Shown: in pieces, positions 12,739 through 26,426 of the stretch
Layout: the number at the start of each line of letters is the position of its first letter
Numbering within the stretch: the stretch's first letter is position 1
NCBI GenBank assembly: GCA_963924565.1
Contig: OZ004613.1
Coordinates: forward strand, 13,578,001 to 13,642,000
Direction: 5' to 3'
From: Ascidiella aspersa
Taxonomy: Eukaryota
Length of the DNA: 64,000 nt
Position numbers and translations under genes: made by a program
The notes under the pieces: generated by a model
The model's input: the letters and a program-made list of their open reading frames with translations, nothing else
Database searches by the model: none
What the model was told of the DNA's origin: nothing

Positions 12739-15700
12739 TCAAGCTACATTACAGATCCGAGCATAGTTTACCTCTGTTTCCTCGGAAAAAGATCCGAACT
12801 CGGACTTTGCCCACGGCTGCTCTTCACCGGAGGCGAAGAGGAGAAAAACGAAAGCTCCCAAGAGTGAGACAGCGGCCGACACCCAAAATGCGATTTGCCA
12901 GGAAGCAATGGAATTCTGGGTGGAAAAGTCGTTTGTGGTATATTCCAATATTGCCTATGTTGAACCTATTTAACTTGAACTTCGCAGTTTATTCGAGCAA
13001 GCAGTTAACTAACGCGGATGTCAAATCGAAAGTGTATTGATACTTGAAGAGTGATGTTCGATTTTGCTTTAATTTATTGAGAAACGCTACATATTCCATT
13101 GCGATACCTACAGCAATGTTATCATCCAGCAACCTCCATAAAATACATGAAATCCAAAGTCGACAATTAAAGCAGGCTTAATACCACAAAGTTTTTTTTA
13201 AGATTTCTACTTATTTAAACACTGCCCGTTTTTTAACAACACAAGAGCTAAATAAACCCTAAAGACTGATCAGAACATCTGAGGCAACTTTATTTGGAAA
13301 CTGTAGTTATAAACAGGGCTGGGAGCCGGAGCCGGAGCTGGAGCCCGGAGCTAAGCATTTTTTCTGGAGCCAGAGCCGGAGCCGGAGCCATTGTTATTAT
13401 TTTTGTGGAGCTGGGTCGGAGCCGGAGCCATTTTTATTATTATTTTTTTTTGGAGCTGGAGCGGGAGCCATTTTTATTATTTTTGTGGAGCTGGAGCCGG
13501 AGCCGGAGCCCTTTTTATTATTTTTGTGGAGCTGGAGCCATTTTTCAATTTGTGGTGCTAAAGCTAAGAAATTATATTTTGTTCCATCTCCAACGTTAGT
13601 TAGCCAAAAGGAATTTTTAAAACTTGCCATTGAATAAGTGACTGGTGGCACAGGAGCTGGACCCGGAGCCAAAGGATATGAGTTTTACTATTCCGGAGCT
13701 GGAGCCGGAGACAAAGGATTGAGTTTTAAGACTCCGGAGCTGGAGCCGGAGCCATTTAATAATTGCCTGATGGCTCCGGAGTTGGAGCCGGAGCTAATGC
13801 TATTTTACGGTGGCTTCCCAGCCTTGGTTATAAAACAGCCATATTATCTGTTCATTTTTATCATAACCCAAACTTTGTGGTTTGAAGTTGCAACCCTTTC
13901 TTACTATAGCCTATGTTGAAGCATAGGCTACTCGCAAAAAAGAAAGTGTCTTAACATACACGCCAAGCATAAATATAAATATACCCCGCTGAGCAGAATC
14001 CATCCGATCACTTGGGGTGCCAGGAAGCCGGGAATGCAGCCGATCGCGTTCCCGATGCCAAAAAGAATCCCTGCGTACCTCGGTGCGATGTCCACTGTGT
14101 TAGACACGCACCCAGGGGCTGAAAAGGCAACATGAAACAGCTTATACAGAATGGCGAAAAAACCCAACAAGTATAAAGCAACACTCGGTTAAACAAGTAT
14201 AAATTTTAACTTAGAAAATAAACTTTAAGGGTGGTAACTGTGAGAAATTTTGTATATTCTCGACAGCCGCCGAAGATGTAATTGTTACGAAACACTTCTT
14301 ACGATGTGGTTAGGATAGGCTAATCTCGCTAAAGCAATATGACTAAATTACCACTCAACGTTAAGTGAATAATAAACGTTAAGTAAACAAATTTACTTAC
14401 GATTAAAATATGCATGCATTTAACATATGCATNNNNNNNNNNNNNNNNNNNNNNNNNNNNNNNNNNNNNNNNNNNNNNNNNNNNNNNNNNNNNNNNNNNN
14501 NNNNNNNNNNNNNNNNNNNNNNNNNNNNNNNNNNNNNNNNNNNNNNNNNNNNNNNNNNNNNNNNNNNNNNNNNNNNNNNNNNNNNNNNNNNNNNNNNNNN
14601 NNNNNNNNNNNNNNNNNNNNNNNNNNNNNNNNNNNNNNNNNNNNNNNNNNNNNNNNNNNNNNNNNNNNNNNNNNNNNNNNNNNNNNNNNNNNNNNNNNNN
14701 NNNNNNNNNNNNNNNNNNNNNNNNNNNNNNNNNNNNNNNNNNNNNNNNNNNNNNNNNNNNNNNNNNNNNNNNNNNNNNNNNNNNNNNNNNNNNNNNNNNN
14801 NNNNNNNNNNNNNNNNNNNNNNNNNNNNNNNNNNNNNNNNNNNNNNNNNNNNNNNNNCATGCTTAAATACAAATTTATATACTCGTCGTACTTGAAAGTG
14901 CGTTAAATCCGACGGAAACACAGAGAAAGGCGATGGCCGAAGTTGCATCACAGCCCACATAGCCGGCCAGGACCACGAAAAGGGCGCTAACTGTCAGCGA
15001 AGTGGTCTGGTTTGCCTTGCGCAGGTTGCCAAGTGACACCAGGCCGCTAGCCATGATCTTGTCGGTCAGGTAGCCGGCGCCGATCATAAGCATCCATTTG
15101 AGAAGGTAGGGCAGCGCGGATAGGAAGCCGCTCTGCAGAAAATGAAAGACACTTTTTATTAGACAACGTAGAACATTTTTCGACCAAAAGATGCTTATTT
15201 TATATATTAAGAGGGGCGGGGGAAGTCTGATAAAAATCCCAGAAAAGTTTTGCGCAAGCCTCAAAAAAGTTTGACGTTATTTTTAGCTTGCCACACTTTT
15301 TAAAGAGTAAAACAGGGTTTAAATTAAAGCAAAGGTCGTGCGCTACGTCCCTCTAAATTGGCCCACAAGAATCTCTTGTATGAAGCATTAGGCTACATGT
15401 CACCAGACCTTCCATAAGGTATCTGGGAGGTTGCCTTAATTAAATTCACCTTTCGACAATGTGAAACAAAAGCTTGTAATAGTGTCTGGGTCAGTTATTC
15501 TAGGTTACGGCTCCAGTTTTAATTAAATCACTTACGGTGGATCTAATTTTAATTTAGCCAACTTGTTTTTCTGTTAAACAGCCAAGTCGGTGACACAGCA
15601 AATAATGCAACGCTCCAGTACAATAAACATAAAATAAACTTTTTATGCCAATACAAAAAAGTAATAAAGGGCCGGTACAATCTACCGAGTGCGACCAAAC

Positions 15701-18700
15701 TGCTGTACAGTTTAGTGCCGCATAGCCACAAAGTTAGATAAATTTCGTTTTCCGTCCGCAATCGTATATCCTGGTAGGTATTGGGCCCTTCATAGAAGCC
15801 TGATTCGGACGCAAACTTGCGGGGAAAAGGAGGAAAACCTAATATTTAACCAGTTATTTCAGCGACTAACCGTGGAAATGTTGAAGTTAAGCACCGTCGA
15901 GATGTAGGTTGGGAGCATGATCTGCATGGCAAAGTTGACCCAGTTGCTGGCGAACTGCGCCACGCAAATAGCTAAAAAAGGCACCGACGTGAAGATCTGT
16001 CTCCACGGCGTTTCTTGACGCGTCGTGACCTAAAACATCAATGGAACAGGGCTCCATGGATGTGAAATTATATCGGACACTATTGGCTCGAGAAACAATT
16101 AGGGCAGCCGTCTGGAACCTATGGCTCTCGAGCCATATATAGCTCTTTTGATGACGCCATATGGCTATTTTGATGATGTAGTCTTGCTCACAGATAAATC
16201 TAAGCTAAATCATTTTTTTAACATGACTTAAATAAAACTGCAAGCTGCCATATAGAAACATTATCTTTTATTGCATATTTTGAATACCAACAAGAAGGCG
16301 TTTTGCAGAAATTGCAATGCTAGTTCAAATAAAAACATTAGGTGAATAAAATTAGGATCAACACTCTTTTCCAAAAAAAATTAATGGTCCTATGAAGACC
16401 ATGAAAAATGCCAAAATGTACTCGTTTTTGTTTTTTGCATGACTGCTGTTTTTCCAGAGTTTATTTTAGCATCTATTATTTATGCTTGGCATTAGACATA
16501 ATTTTTATTCATTTTTCTAATCGATGTTTCTTATTAACAATAAATTAAGAAAAATATTTTAAAGCTAAATAGGTTCACCGCTTTTTTGTACTAATTTTGA
16601 AGTTGAGTTTGCTGAATAAGCGTATTAAATTATCCAAAAAGATGATAAATCCTTTATAAATAACGCTTCATTTGCATTGTACGTTTGGTCCTCTTTTGGA
16701 TAGGTCTACTTAAATCCACACAAAGAAAATGTTTTCAGGAGTTTAAGCACACATTAGACCCCTAAATGAAACTGGTACGTTTTCACCCAATAACAAGCCC
16801 TAATATTTCAATTAGACACCAATGCACGGATATAACCGCATCCCGACAGGGTGGAATTTGAACCGTTTGTTCGCTTGTATTTGTCGACTGTCTGAACTTC
16901 AGCAAACGTGACCCAATCGACAATTATAATTCGTAAAGTGTATAGGATCACGCGCGGGACTGGCACACACACACTGCAGATACTTTGTAATGGCAATGCG
17001 AAAAGCCAAAAAAACGTTTCAGCTTTTTCAAAAATATTAGGCGTATACTATCAAACAACCAGCAATGTAAAATTACCTGCGAATGAGATCACTCTTTTTT
17101 ATGTATATATTTGTGCCTGAATTTATTAGGTCAAGGCTTGTCAACCTTTTTTTGAACTGAAAACCCTTTTACGTTTACTGAAGAATTTGTAGCTATTGGC
17201 GTCATTTACGTGTAAGGGGGAGGAGATTCGTATATTTTACACATTCAGTTTGTCTTCATAGGTCTTGTTTGTGTTCCATTTCAAACCTAAGCGACTAAGC
17301 TCGCTATAGAGTAATTTTTTTTCGGCGAAAAAATTACCACCTACCTGGTACTTTTCTTCGACGTTGCAGCTTCGATTCTGAACGATAAACAACTTTTCCT
17401 GTTTGGATATGCGCGGGTGGCTGTGTGGAGAGTCGTGCGCAAAAATGAGCCACAGAAAACTCCAAATCATCCCGCAGCCGCCTGATATGATATGATTAAG
17501 AACGTTTGCTTCCGAAAATAAAAATGTATGTATGACTCTATTTGTCCGTTGTACCAAGTTCTGTCAAGTGGGCGTATACGTTAACGAATTTCCTTTGTGA
17601 TAAAGATAATATTCCTGTGAGTAGCAAGCTAAAGGACACTGGAAATAGTCACATCTGATTAATACACATCAATCGTACAGTATAAATTTTAAATAAATAT
17701 CCAATCCAAATTAAAACAAACGAGGGTTAAAAAGTGATTATTTTTCATTTATTTCAACAATGTGTATTATATATCTTCATTTGGCACTGCATGCGGATTA
17801 TTGTAAGGCGTATAAAAAACGAAATACTTTTGTTCAACTGTTATTTGGAAAATGATTGTGAAGCTCAACTGTAATATATTTATAAGCTTTTTAACTACAA
17901 CCCAAAGCCATAGCCAAGACCTTCGTATAAAATCTACGCTGTTTGTTATTATACACTATACAGGTAACATGCGACGCTACGATTTAGGTTTAGGCCGCAA
18001 ACGGCAGATTTTAAGCAGCTTTCCAGGAGCCAGCCACAAGCACTTGCCTGTGATTTGAAAGACTGTCTCCCAACCAAGATGCTGTGCTATAAGGCCGGAG
18101 ACGAGCAGGCTGAGACAAGCGCCAACGCTGGTTCCCGATGAGAAGAATGAAATCAGAGAGCTTCTTTCGAAGGCGGGGGCCCATACGCCCCACGACCCCA
18201 CCATGGAGGGGTTGACCACGCCCTGATAATCAGAACAACGCAGTGCTGGCTTTTAACGTAACCTTGGCGTTACGGTCGTTTTACTGACGTAAAAAGTCAA
18301 TGTTCAAGAAGAATAACAGTTTTTAACTGTATTACTTTACGTTTTAAGGACAACCACTAGTAAAGAGAACTGGTTTCGCTTTCATTTAGGGGTCGGCAAC
18401 CTTTTGCTGGTCGTCGACCAAAGCCAAACTTAGAAAGGTCTTAGCGGGCCATAATAAATTTTATGTTGTTTTCTAGGAAAAATGTGTAGTTTTGTGAGGC
18501 ATCTTATGAAAACAACTGATGGTCTCCACGTCCTAAAACTTCTTACATTTGGAAACGGGTCTAATTCCATCAAAGACGGACAGAAACCGTGGGAAAAATG
18601 CGTTTGTTTGGGTTAAACTTTGACTACACACGGCGTTATCCATGATCACGGTGAAAAAGGCTAATAAAAATACTACAACTTTAAATCTGCAAATCACCTA

Positions 18701-20585
18701 GCTCACCTGGTTTCGAGATTTCGAAACAAACAAATGCGATTACCAACAAAGAACAACCAATTTAATGGTTAATAGATTGGCGCAAAGTGCAATAAAAAGT
18801 ATTCATACAATGGTTAATAATTCCAGGTTGTGCACGGCGCCTTTAGGCTAAAAGAGTTTCCCAACGCAAACAATTCGCGCACAGTACGAAAAATATTGCA
18901 TTTACGAAGTTAAATTACCGCAAAAAAAAAGATAAATGGCAGCGTTAGTTTGTACAAAGGGTGCGGACCAGGGACGGATTAAGGGTGCTGTAGGCCTAAG
19001 GCTGTTTACTAGAAACGGGACTTCTTTGCAAACCAAGCTACAAAAAGTAATAAATAAACTTACATGAAAAATTAAAATTATTTAAAATTGAGGGAAGAAA
19101 TTTTCCAGGGCCTAACCTAATGGTTAATCCCGAACTGGTGCCCAGCTGAGTTACATTGCCAAGCTGATCCAACCCGAGGGACGTAGTTTGCCAACCCCTG
19201 CTTTAATGCTTTGATTAAATTTAATGCTATAGTTAATATAATCCAAAGCAAGGATTTGCGGCACCACAACAGTTGTTGAGCGCAGTTTCCACGTAAAACT
19301 GCATAAATTCTCAAACGCTCACGTGCAACAGTCCAAGGGTGACCCGGACAAACACGAGCAGCCAGAAGTTGTAGTAGGCCGCCCACGGGGTGCAGAGGGT
19401 GAGGACGGACGATAGCAGTGACGTCACGCCAATGACGTAGCGGATGCCGAAGCGGTTCGAGAGACAGGCGCCGATAGAGTTGGAGGCGATATAGCCGTAG
19501 AAGTAGCAGCCCAGCACGAAGCCCTGCTCGGCCGTATTCCACGCGAACTGGCCGTTCAGCTGTGAAATTGACAAGCCGGTGTTTTAAAGTTCTGCTAGCA
19601 CTTTTCGGTATTAGCGCTCAACGCTAAAATTTAAAATAAATAAGGTTCTGCACTTAAGGTGCTTTCGGAGCTATGCTGTGGTTTTAGAGTTTGGGACTCG
19701 ATGTAGTGGGTTTTATTTTTCGGGGTCCGAAAATATATAACATACACAGAATTGAAATCGTATAGTGGTTCAACCGGGGTGGCGTGTTTAGGGGTGCCCG
19801 AAAGTATTTAGGAATTTTTAGAAATCATTTTGTTGTTGTATTAGTAAGCCTCTTGATACAACAACTCCTTCTATGTACGATTAAAATAACATAAATCAAA
19901 CTATATTTTCTGAATGTCTAGAATTGATTGTATTGTTTCATATAGATGTTTATTGCGTCAATAGGTTATATACAGTAAATCATTAACGAAATTGTCGTCA
20001 ATCCGTTTATTATTTCGCTGGGGATGCTGTAAGACATAAAAGGGTGCGAACCGCTGTCCTATATACTTATAGGTATAACCTAGCAAAGACCTTTTCTAAG
20101 ATTGAATTATTATAGCTTAAGTACATAAACTAATGATTGCTTATGCTGGAAAAAAAGAAAGTATGCAGAAAAATATATTTTTGTTACAAAGTTAAAAAAA
20201 TGTGCGCGACTTGACTAAAATAGTTGATAATCAAGTTTATAACCGTTAAAGAAACATTCAAATTAGCGCGTAAAACACCCACCAAGTATGAGCCCAAGGT
20301 TTTTTTTCAGCCAAAGCATTTTTGCAATATACAGACTACAGGGTTCCATCCAAGATAATACAAACAAACCTGGTCATCATGAAACGACTGGTTATTGCCG
20401 CGACCGGGACACGAAGTCAGGTTGGCTGCCGTCTCGTCACCGCCCGTTGCCAGGGCGGTCGCGTTTACCATGGCAACAATCGCTATGGTGAGGTTGTTGC
20501 GCATCGCAACCAGGCATACCATGCCGAAGAACTCGAGCACGGCGAGCGAGTGGCGAGCCTTGACATAACATCCGGGACTCGACGC
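12739..20585 (-). CDS. SLC17 family (sialin/SLC17A5-like) MFS anion transporter; first coding exon(s) and exact C-terminus uncertain
   Basis: Minus-strand exons 20585-20370 ([30 protein letters not shown]), 19559-19323 ([19 protein letters not shown]), 18222-18048 (WAPAFERS), 17481-17345 ([14 protein letters not shown]), 16029-15871 (PWRQIFTS...[11 protein letters not shown]), 15132-14892 (SGFLSALPY), 14118-13985 ([12 protein letters not shown]), 12915-12772/12739 (ASGEEQPWA). Phases are all compatible; motifs are typical of SLC17. Confidence 0.93.
13314..13826. mobile_element. hAT-like MITE rich in GGAGCC/GGAGCT hexamers, in an SLC17 intron
   Basis: TIRs CAGGGCTGGGAGCC / GGCTTCCCAGCCTTG; perfect 8-bp TSD GTTATAAA (13306-13313, 13827-13834). 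Confidence 0.9.
14433..14857. other. Assembly gap (425 N) in an SLC17 intron
   Basis: Run of N; the flanking exons still join in phase. Confidence 0.99.
18387..19200. mobile_element. Degenerate hAT-like MITE with a nested smaller MITE (18969-19137)
   Basis: Outer TIRs TAGGGGTCGGCAAC / TTGCCAACCCCTG, TSD CTTTCATT / CTTTAATG; inner TIRs CAGGGACGGATTAA / TTAATCCCGAACTG. Confidence 0.55.
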
Positions 20586-20603
20586 CTAGAGATAAACAAG
20601 AAT

Positions 20604-20850
20604 GTCACAGGCGTTGCGGGCGTTACACGCATTGCGGGCGTTACAGGCGTTACGGGCGTTGCGGGCGTTGCGGGCGTTGCGGGCGTTGCGGGCGTTGCGG
20701 GCGTTACAGGCGTTGCGGGCGTTACACGCATTGCGGGCGTTACAGGCGTTGCGGGCGTTACAGGCGTTGCTGGAGTTCAGGCGTTACGGGTGTCACAGGC
20801 GTTGCGGGCGTTACAGGCGTTGCGGGAGTTGCAGGCGTTGCGGTTACTGT
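20604..20850. repeat. 9-bp GC-rich minisatellite (GCGGGCGTT / ACAGGCGTT)
   Basis: About 27 tandem units ending about 20 nt from the SLC17 splice acceptor at 20586. Confidence 0.95.
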
Positions 20851-21971
20851 GACCAGGGTGCATTAAAAAAAGTTTAAAAGTCAATACGACAAGTTTTAAG
20901 TTCAAGGATGGCTACCTTTCACCACGCGGGCTAACATAAAGCAAATTTTTCGGGCCTACAAAATTAAAAATGTTACAATTGCAGCACTTAGAAAAATATT
21001 TTCCGCGGGGCGCTTTCTATAAGGTAGCTTTATTCATTTCAATGTCTTGAAAATCAACTGTAAGCTAACACAATTATGTTAAATGGCCAAACAAGATTTA
21101 TTACCTAGTTAGCCAACATTGAAACCAACCGCCTAATATTTCAGGAATAAACGAACTACTAACACCCTAAAGATAAGTTAAAGCAATAACTAATTAAGCC
21201 TATATACACTTATTTAAAGGTAAACATGTAATGTACCAAGTAATAGATCGCTAAATGTACACAATAATTATAGGATCAAGCCACTTGAACGATACCGGCT
21301 CAGTATATTGAAAACAGTCTGCCCGCGGTAAGAGTTCAACTTGGCAAATCAGTCGTTCAGTAAAATAAAAATAATAAACTCGAAAGGGTTAGTACAACGT
21401 GGGCCGCATTAAAAAGGTTTAGGGTTGATGTTGCACAGATCATTTGTATTTTTTTATAATGATGAGTTTTCTTGACGCGACTGATCGCAGCTAGTGCAGG
21501 TTGTTCAAAGCAACAATAGTTCGAGACGACAGGCAATTTGAATTTGGGTCGTCGCCCGAAAAGCCCTAGGTGTCAACGACATGAATATAACATGAGTGAC
21601 ATTTTAACGTTTAGAGTTTTAGACAAATTAAAAAAAGGACAATTGAAGGATGGTTGGGTTTACAACAATTAGTAACTGTCTGGTTGGCGGATTTCCTTTT
21701 GCTGCTATTTTGCCTCTAGTGTATAATAGGGTTAACGTTTCGTTTGGTTTCTAGCATGCGAACGAGTTTTTATTGCTGTATTGTGGAGAAAAGGGGTAAT
21801 CCATGAGGGAAGGGGAGTAAAATTTGTGACCTTGAATTGAGAAGTTATGACAAATTAAAATATACAAAATAGTTCACCAATTAATACGTCCGTAATGATT
21901 TTCGTCTGTTCTTATCATAAACAGACGTGCACAGCTGCGTAATAATGTGTTGTCGATACATATATGCATAC

Positions 21972-23739
21972 AACAGAGATAATAACGTCTCCCGATGCAA
22001 TTATACTAAACCTAAAAACAAAGAAACTCTTTTCAGATTGCGGTTAGGCTTATGTAGAAACCAAAAGACCATTTGTGCTTTGCGTTCAACGCTGGCAAGC
22101 ATTGCAGTTTCACAGAACTGCAGTTAAAAAACTTTCTTTCGCAGAAATAATCTTTTGGCACAATAGACGGAGAAGGTTTGACTATTTTAGTTGGTACGAG
22201 GATTGGGCCATAAAACCGAAATAAGAACTACATCAACGTCAATAAAACACAGTTCGAAATAAGACACAATTCGGACTACTACCTTAATGGTTGTAAAACC
22301 GTCAAAATCAGAATAAGTCCTAAACCCGTAGTAATAAGACCTAAATTGACAGAATCAGGCCTATAGAACAGTTTACCCAGCCACAAACCCTCATTAAATA
22401 TATCACTAACTCCCCTGAAAATATTAACCCTAATCCAATTTATAACCCCACCCATTACCAACCAATAACCCGAAACAGGGCCAAACAATCCGGTGCCAAA
22501 ACAGAGGCGCCTTAGCGGCTTCGTTGAAAGTAGGGCGCCCAAACATCGACACCGAAAAGGCCGATGCCAGATTCATGGCCCAGATCGACCCATACTAGCT
22601 CTCTCCCTACAGTTCCACGCGTTATTTTGACCATTTAGGTCTTATTCCGATAAACTCAGGACTAATTTCGTCAGGTTTATGTCTTATTCAGACGATTAAG
22701 TTCTTATTCTGTCTTGAATATTACTGCGTATTTGTCTTTATCATGTCGTTGGCCTTAATCCTATGGTTTTATAGATTTTTCTGCTTTGGGTATTATTGCT
22801 CTTTCGGTCTTAATGTGTGTTCCCGAAAATTGTTTTATATCGCAAAACAAGACACTGCACCACTTCCATATTGATTGCATTGTATAATGTTAAAAGTCTT
22901 AATAGAGCTAGTGCATTGACACATAATGTTCACAAGTCGGTCAGATTGCTCAATGTAAGGCGATTATTATTAGACTTAAAACAGACGATTGTCAACATTT
23001 TTTGTTTCAAGTCAAAATTTCTCATTTGTTGGTCAAAAATAATCTTCCTACTTATAAGGCTTCATAAAAAAACGATGAACGAATTGCAAAATTTTACAAT
23101 AACGTTAGTTTCTGGGTACCGTAATCCCAATGTCAATTTCAATACCTATATAAATATTAGGCTAAAATTGATTAAATATTATAATTTTGTAACCCTTGAA
23201 TCGCTTCAAGTTAAATTAAACAAAGATAATAGGCTATGCTAAAACGTCACACAGGCATGTCAGTTGCCGAAATATATATATATTGACGCTGAGTGTGCTT
23301 GGAACAATAACACGTCGATTAAGTATAGGCGAACGATCTCGAAAAAACGTCGATCAAAATCTGGGTCAAGGGCAGCTTTATCAATGTGAACAATGTGAAG
23401 GTTAAGTCGATAGTTGAACGCAGCCCTTTCACCTTAAGCGAGCTACGTTCTTTTATTTGCTTTGTCGTTCAAGGTCCTGTGTAATTAAAACCGCCCGACC
23501 GTATTTGTTGCCGTATATGTAGATATAAGCGATTTCAAAACCAGATAATAATGTGTCAGCAAATGTCGAATATAGCATATGTCGGCAAAACGAAACAATG
23601 GAGCTTTTCGATGAGAAAAGCCCAAGGTTAAGAAATTAAATTGTTTTGTAGAAGTAGCAACTTACGTTTCAATTACCAATTTATTTTTGTTACAACGACC
23701 TTCACTTTGAATCTCTGAAGTGCAGTTTACAACTACCAT
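21972..23739 (-). CDS. Possible 5' coding exons of the SLC17 gene (23739-23666, 22011-21972)
   Basis: ATG at 23739 (MVVVNCTSEIQSEGRCNKNKLVIET) to a GTAAGT donor in phase 2; a 40-nt exon tttttag|...|gtatgc restores phase 0 for exon 20585. No homology support. Confidence 0.25.
22195..22820. mobile_element. Foldback/MITE-like element, copy 1 (boundaries approximate)
   Basis: Arms with AATAAG/CTTATT inverted motifs; shares AATAAAACACAGTTCGAAATAAGAC, CGATGCCAGA and GCGTTATTTT with 26575-27130. Confidence 0.55.
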
Positions 23740-26426
23740 AACAACGACTGCGTAATTACACGGGGTTTCAGAGTTCTGTTGAACTTAATGCGAGTGCAAA
23801 AACACTTCCTGGAAGTGGTGTAGGGGTTACGCGAAGAGAGAAATATTTTGGTCGATCTATATAAGCATTCCAGTGCATTAGACAACATATTGAATAGATA
23901 ATTCGATCATTCTGTTGGTGATCACCAAACCATCACACCACATGTCATCAACTGTATTCAAAATTCCTGACGCCACACTTAAATTCCACAGCCTACCTCT
24001 TTGATGTAAACTGTTTCCGATTTTCGGCAATCAATTTCATCGTCTCCCATCAAAACTGCATGCCTTAAAACGTCTGGAGTTTAGCGCGACACCTAAATGT
24101 AAACAAAATGCACCCTTGTAAATTTCATTTTATTATAAAGTAAATTACAACCCATACACTGCCTCGATGCCAAGATCGGATAACAACATATGCTATACAA
24201 AATATTAGCCGTGCAGCGCCACTGCACTAAAGCTATATTTTATAAAAACAATCAGTTGTCGTCAAGACTCTTTAAAACTTTTAACGCATTTCATTTAACG
24301 AAAATTGTGAACAAAAAAAGGACCAGCATAAACATAATAAAATGAATTTGTAAAAATTGAACGTTTACGTTATCGTGGTAGTCCCAGCTTCCAAACACTA
24401 AACTACATGGCAAATCGGGAAAATTAGCGTATCCCTTGCAAGGCTATTGAAGTGAATTCTATATCAGCTGGCTTTCTATATAACTTTGCCGGCTATTATT
24501 CAACCGATATCAGAAATTTGCAACAGTTTTCCTCAATAAGATTGCTCATTTGACCTACCAGCGACTATGTGTATCGCACGCCTGTAGAGCAAAAAATAAC
24601 TGCGAACATATTTGACAGCGGTTGCTTTCTTAATGCTGTAAATTATTTACCTTAAGCAAAGCCGACTGAAATGCAGTAGCTAAAATAAATGAGAATCACA
24701 GTCTTCGTTCTATGCTCATTAACTGAAGCAAACGTGAGAAATTTCTTTTAAAAATCCCAACGTTTAGAAAGGGGGACATTGCACGTATAAAACCAGGAAG
24801 GCATACTGACAACCATCCCAAACGATTTAATTAATGAACAGTTTAGAATAGGTAGAAAAGTTTAACACTTTGCGCATATACGGGGCAGCGAATTGCTGGG
24901 TAGTCTATTCTTAAATACCTAATTGCGTCGTTAAGCTGTTTTCCAACCCACAACCCTGTCTACTCAATTTCGCTCTGCCAAGGTCACAAGACCATAAGGC
25001 GATTTTATAGATGCCGGGGACTGGCGTTCGCTTTGTTTTCGCGATGGGCTTTGTTAAACTCATTACGTCGCCACCAGATGATGACCTCATTTCATACTAA
25101 ACACCACAGCATCAGGAAACATTCATAACTGGCGCCTCGCTACTGGGTGGGTTTTGCGCATAGTCAACCAGTCAACATTTTTGCAAACGTAAACAAAGGG
25201 CATTGTTATTTGGTGCGTTGAGTGCGGTTTTGTTTTGATATATACTGCTGAAAGCGCCAGTCGAGAAAATTACGGGAAGTCCATTTAGGGTTTTAATGAC
25301 TTGACTTAATTAGACCAATAGGTAACTGTTTTTAAATAACTTCTGTAGAAATGAAGTGTTTATTGTTTTTATATAATTGAGTTATTTATCTTAATTTGTG
25401 TACAACAGAATTTATTTTGCTGATTTATTGCTCGTAATAATCGGACGGGTTTACTAATTTAAACAGTTTAACGTTCATTTTTATGAGAAGGACTTGACTC
25501 GCTCTAATTATGACTTGACCTGTTATTTATTGAAAAATACTTGACTTGAACTTAAACTATATCACAAATGACTTGGCTGGAACTTGAGTTTCACTTATGA
25601 AGCTACTGTTATTGCTAGTTTGTCAATAACGAACCTTTTTTATGAGGTGATCTTAGCAGTTTGGCTCATCGCATCTTTGATTTAAAAGCCGTCGGCTTAT
25701 TAACTCTTGGTCTATGAAACACAAACGCTATATGCAACAAAAATAAACATACAACACAGTCAGTTAGTCATGCATAATTGTGTACAATAATTTGGTTCAT
25801 TACAGTAACCTTACGTCACAATAAGCATTGTCTGTAAAAATTTAAACCAGTGTCTTTTTTGCCTGTTTATTTTTCGCTAAACCTAAACCACCTTTACAGC
25901 TTACCGGTCATTTTCTATTTTGACACATTTATCGTTCTTTTCTAGATTCTGGAATAGGGACCCACATTTACACTCAACTTGTTTCAACTAAACCAAAATA
26001 TTTGCATAGACCCAGGGGGCATACCCGGCACTATTTTCTTAAAACGCAGATCTGCAATTAATTGGAAAGTATACAGACAGTGAACGATTCCAAAATACCA
26101 TGCACACCACCTGGGTCTTAGTTTGTGGCTAATGTTTTACGTTTCCACAGTTCTTTCCTGTGCCAAAGTAACAATTACCAAATTCAGATTAAATTGGCAA
26201 ACAAAAATTATCCAATATACTTGAGTAAGGTTTTGGGGCACATAAATATGCCCTCACTGAACGACTTTTAATACGAGTCCAATATCACGTTTTGAGTTTA
26301 GGCTATAGTGTTTGCAAAAACTGACTTTGCTTTCGTTTCCCTTAACAAGGAACGTAAAACAAATGTAGCTTTTACGAGGAATAGAAGGGCACATATTTTA
26401 GAGGATCTATGAGGTGTACAATAAAG

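Noticed and set aside
13294-13919. GAGAGA / PEPEL / SRSWS low-complexity ORFs
   Set aside because: Translations of the hexamer repeats of a TIR- and TSD-bounded MITE in an intron.
14403-14960. 150-185 aa ORFs made of X
   Set aside because: They span the N gap.
20322-20877. Antifreeze- or elastin-like repeat proteins (AGV, TPA, ALR)
   Set aside because: Derived from the 9-bp minisatellite; the SLC17 frame has TAG (the acceptor) between the repeat and the exon.
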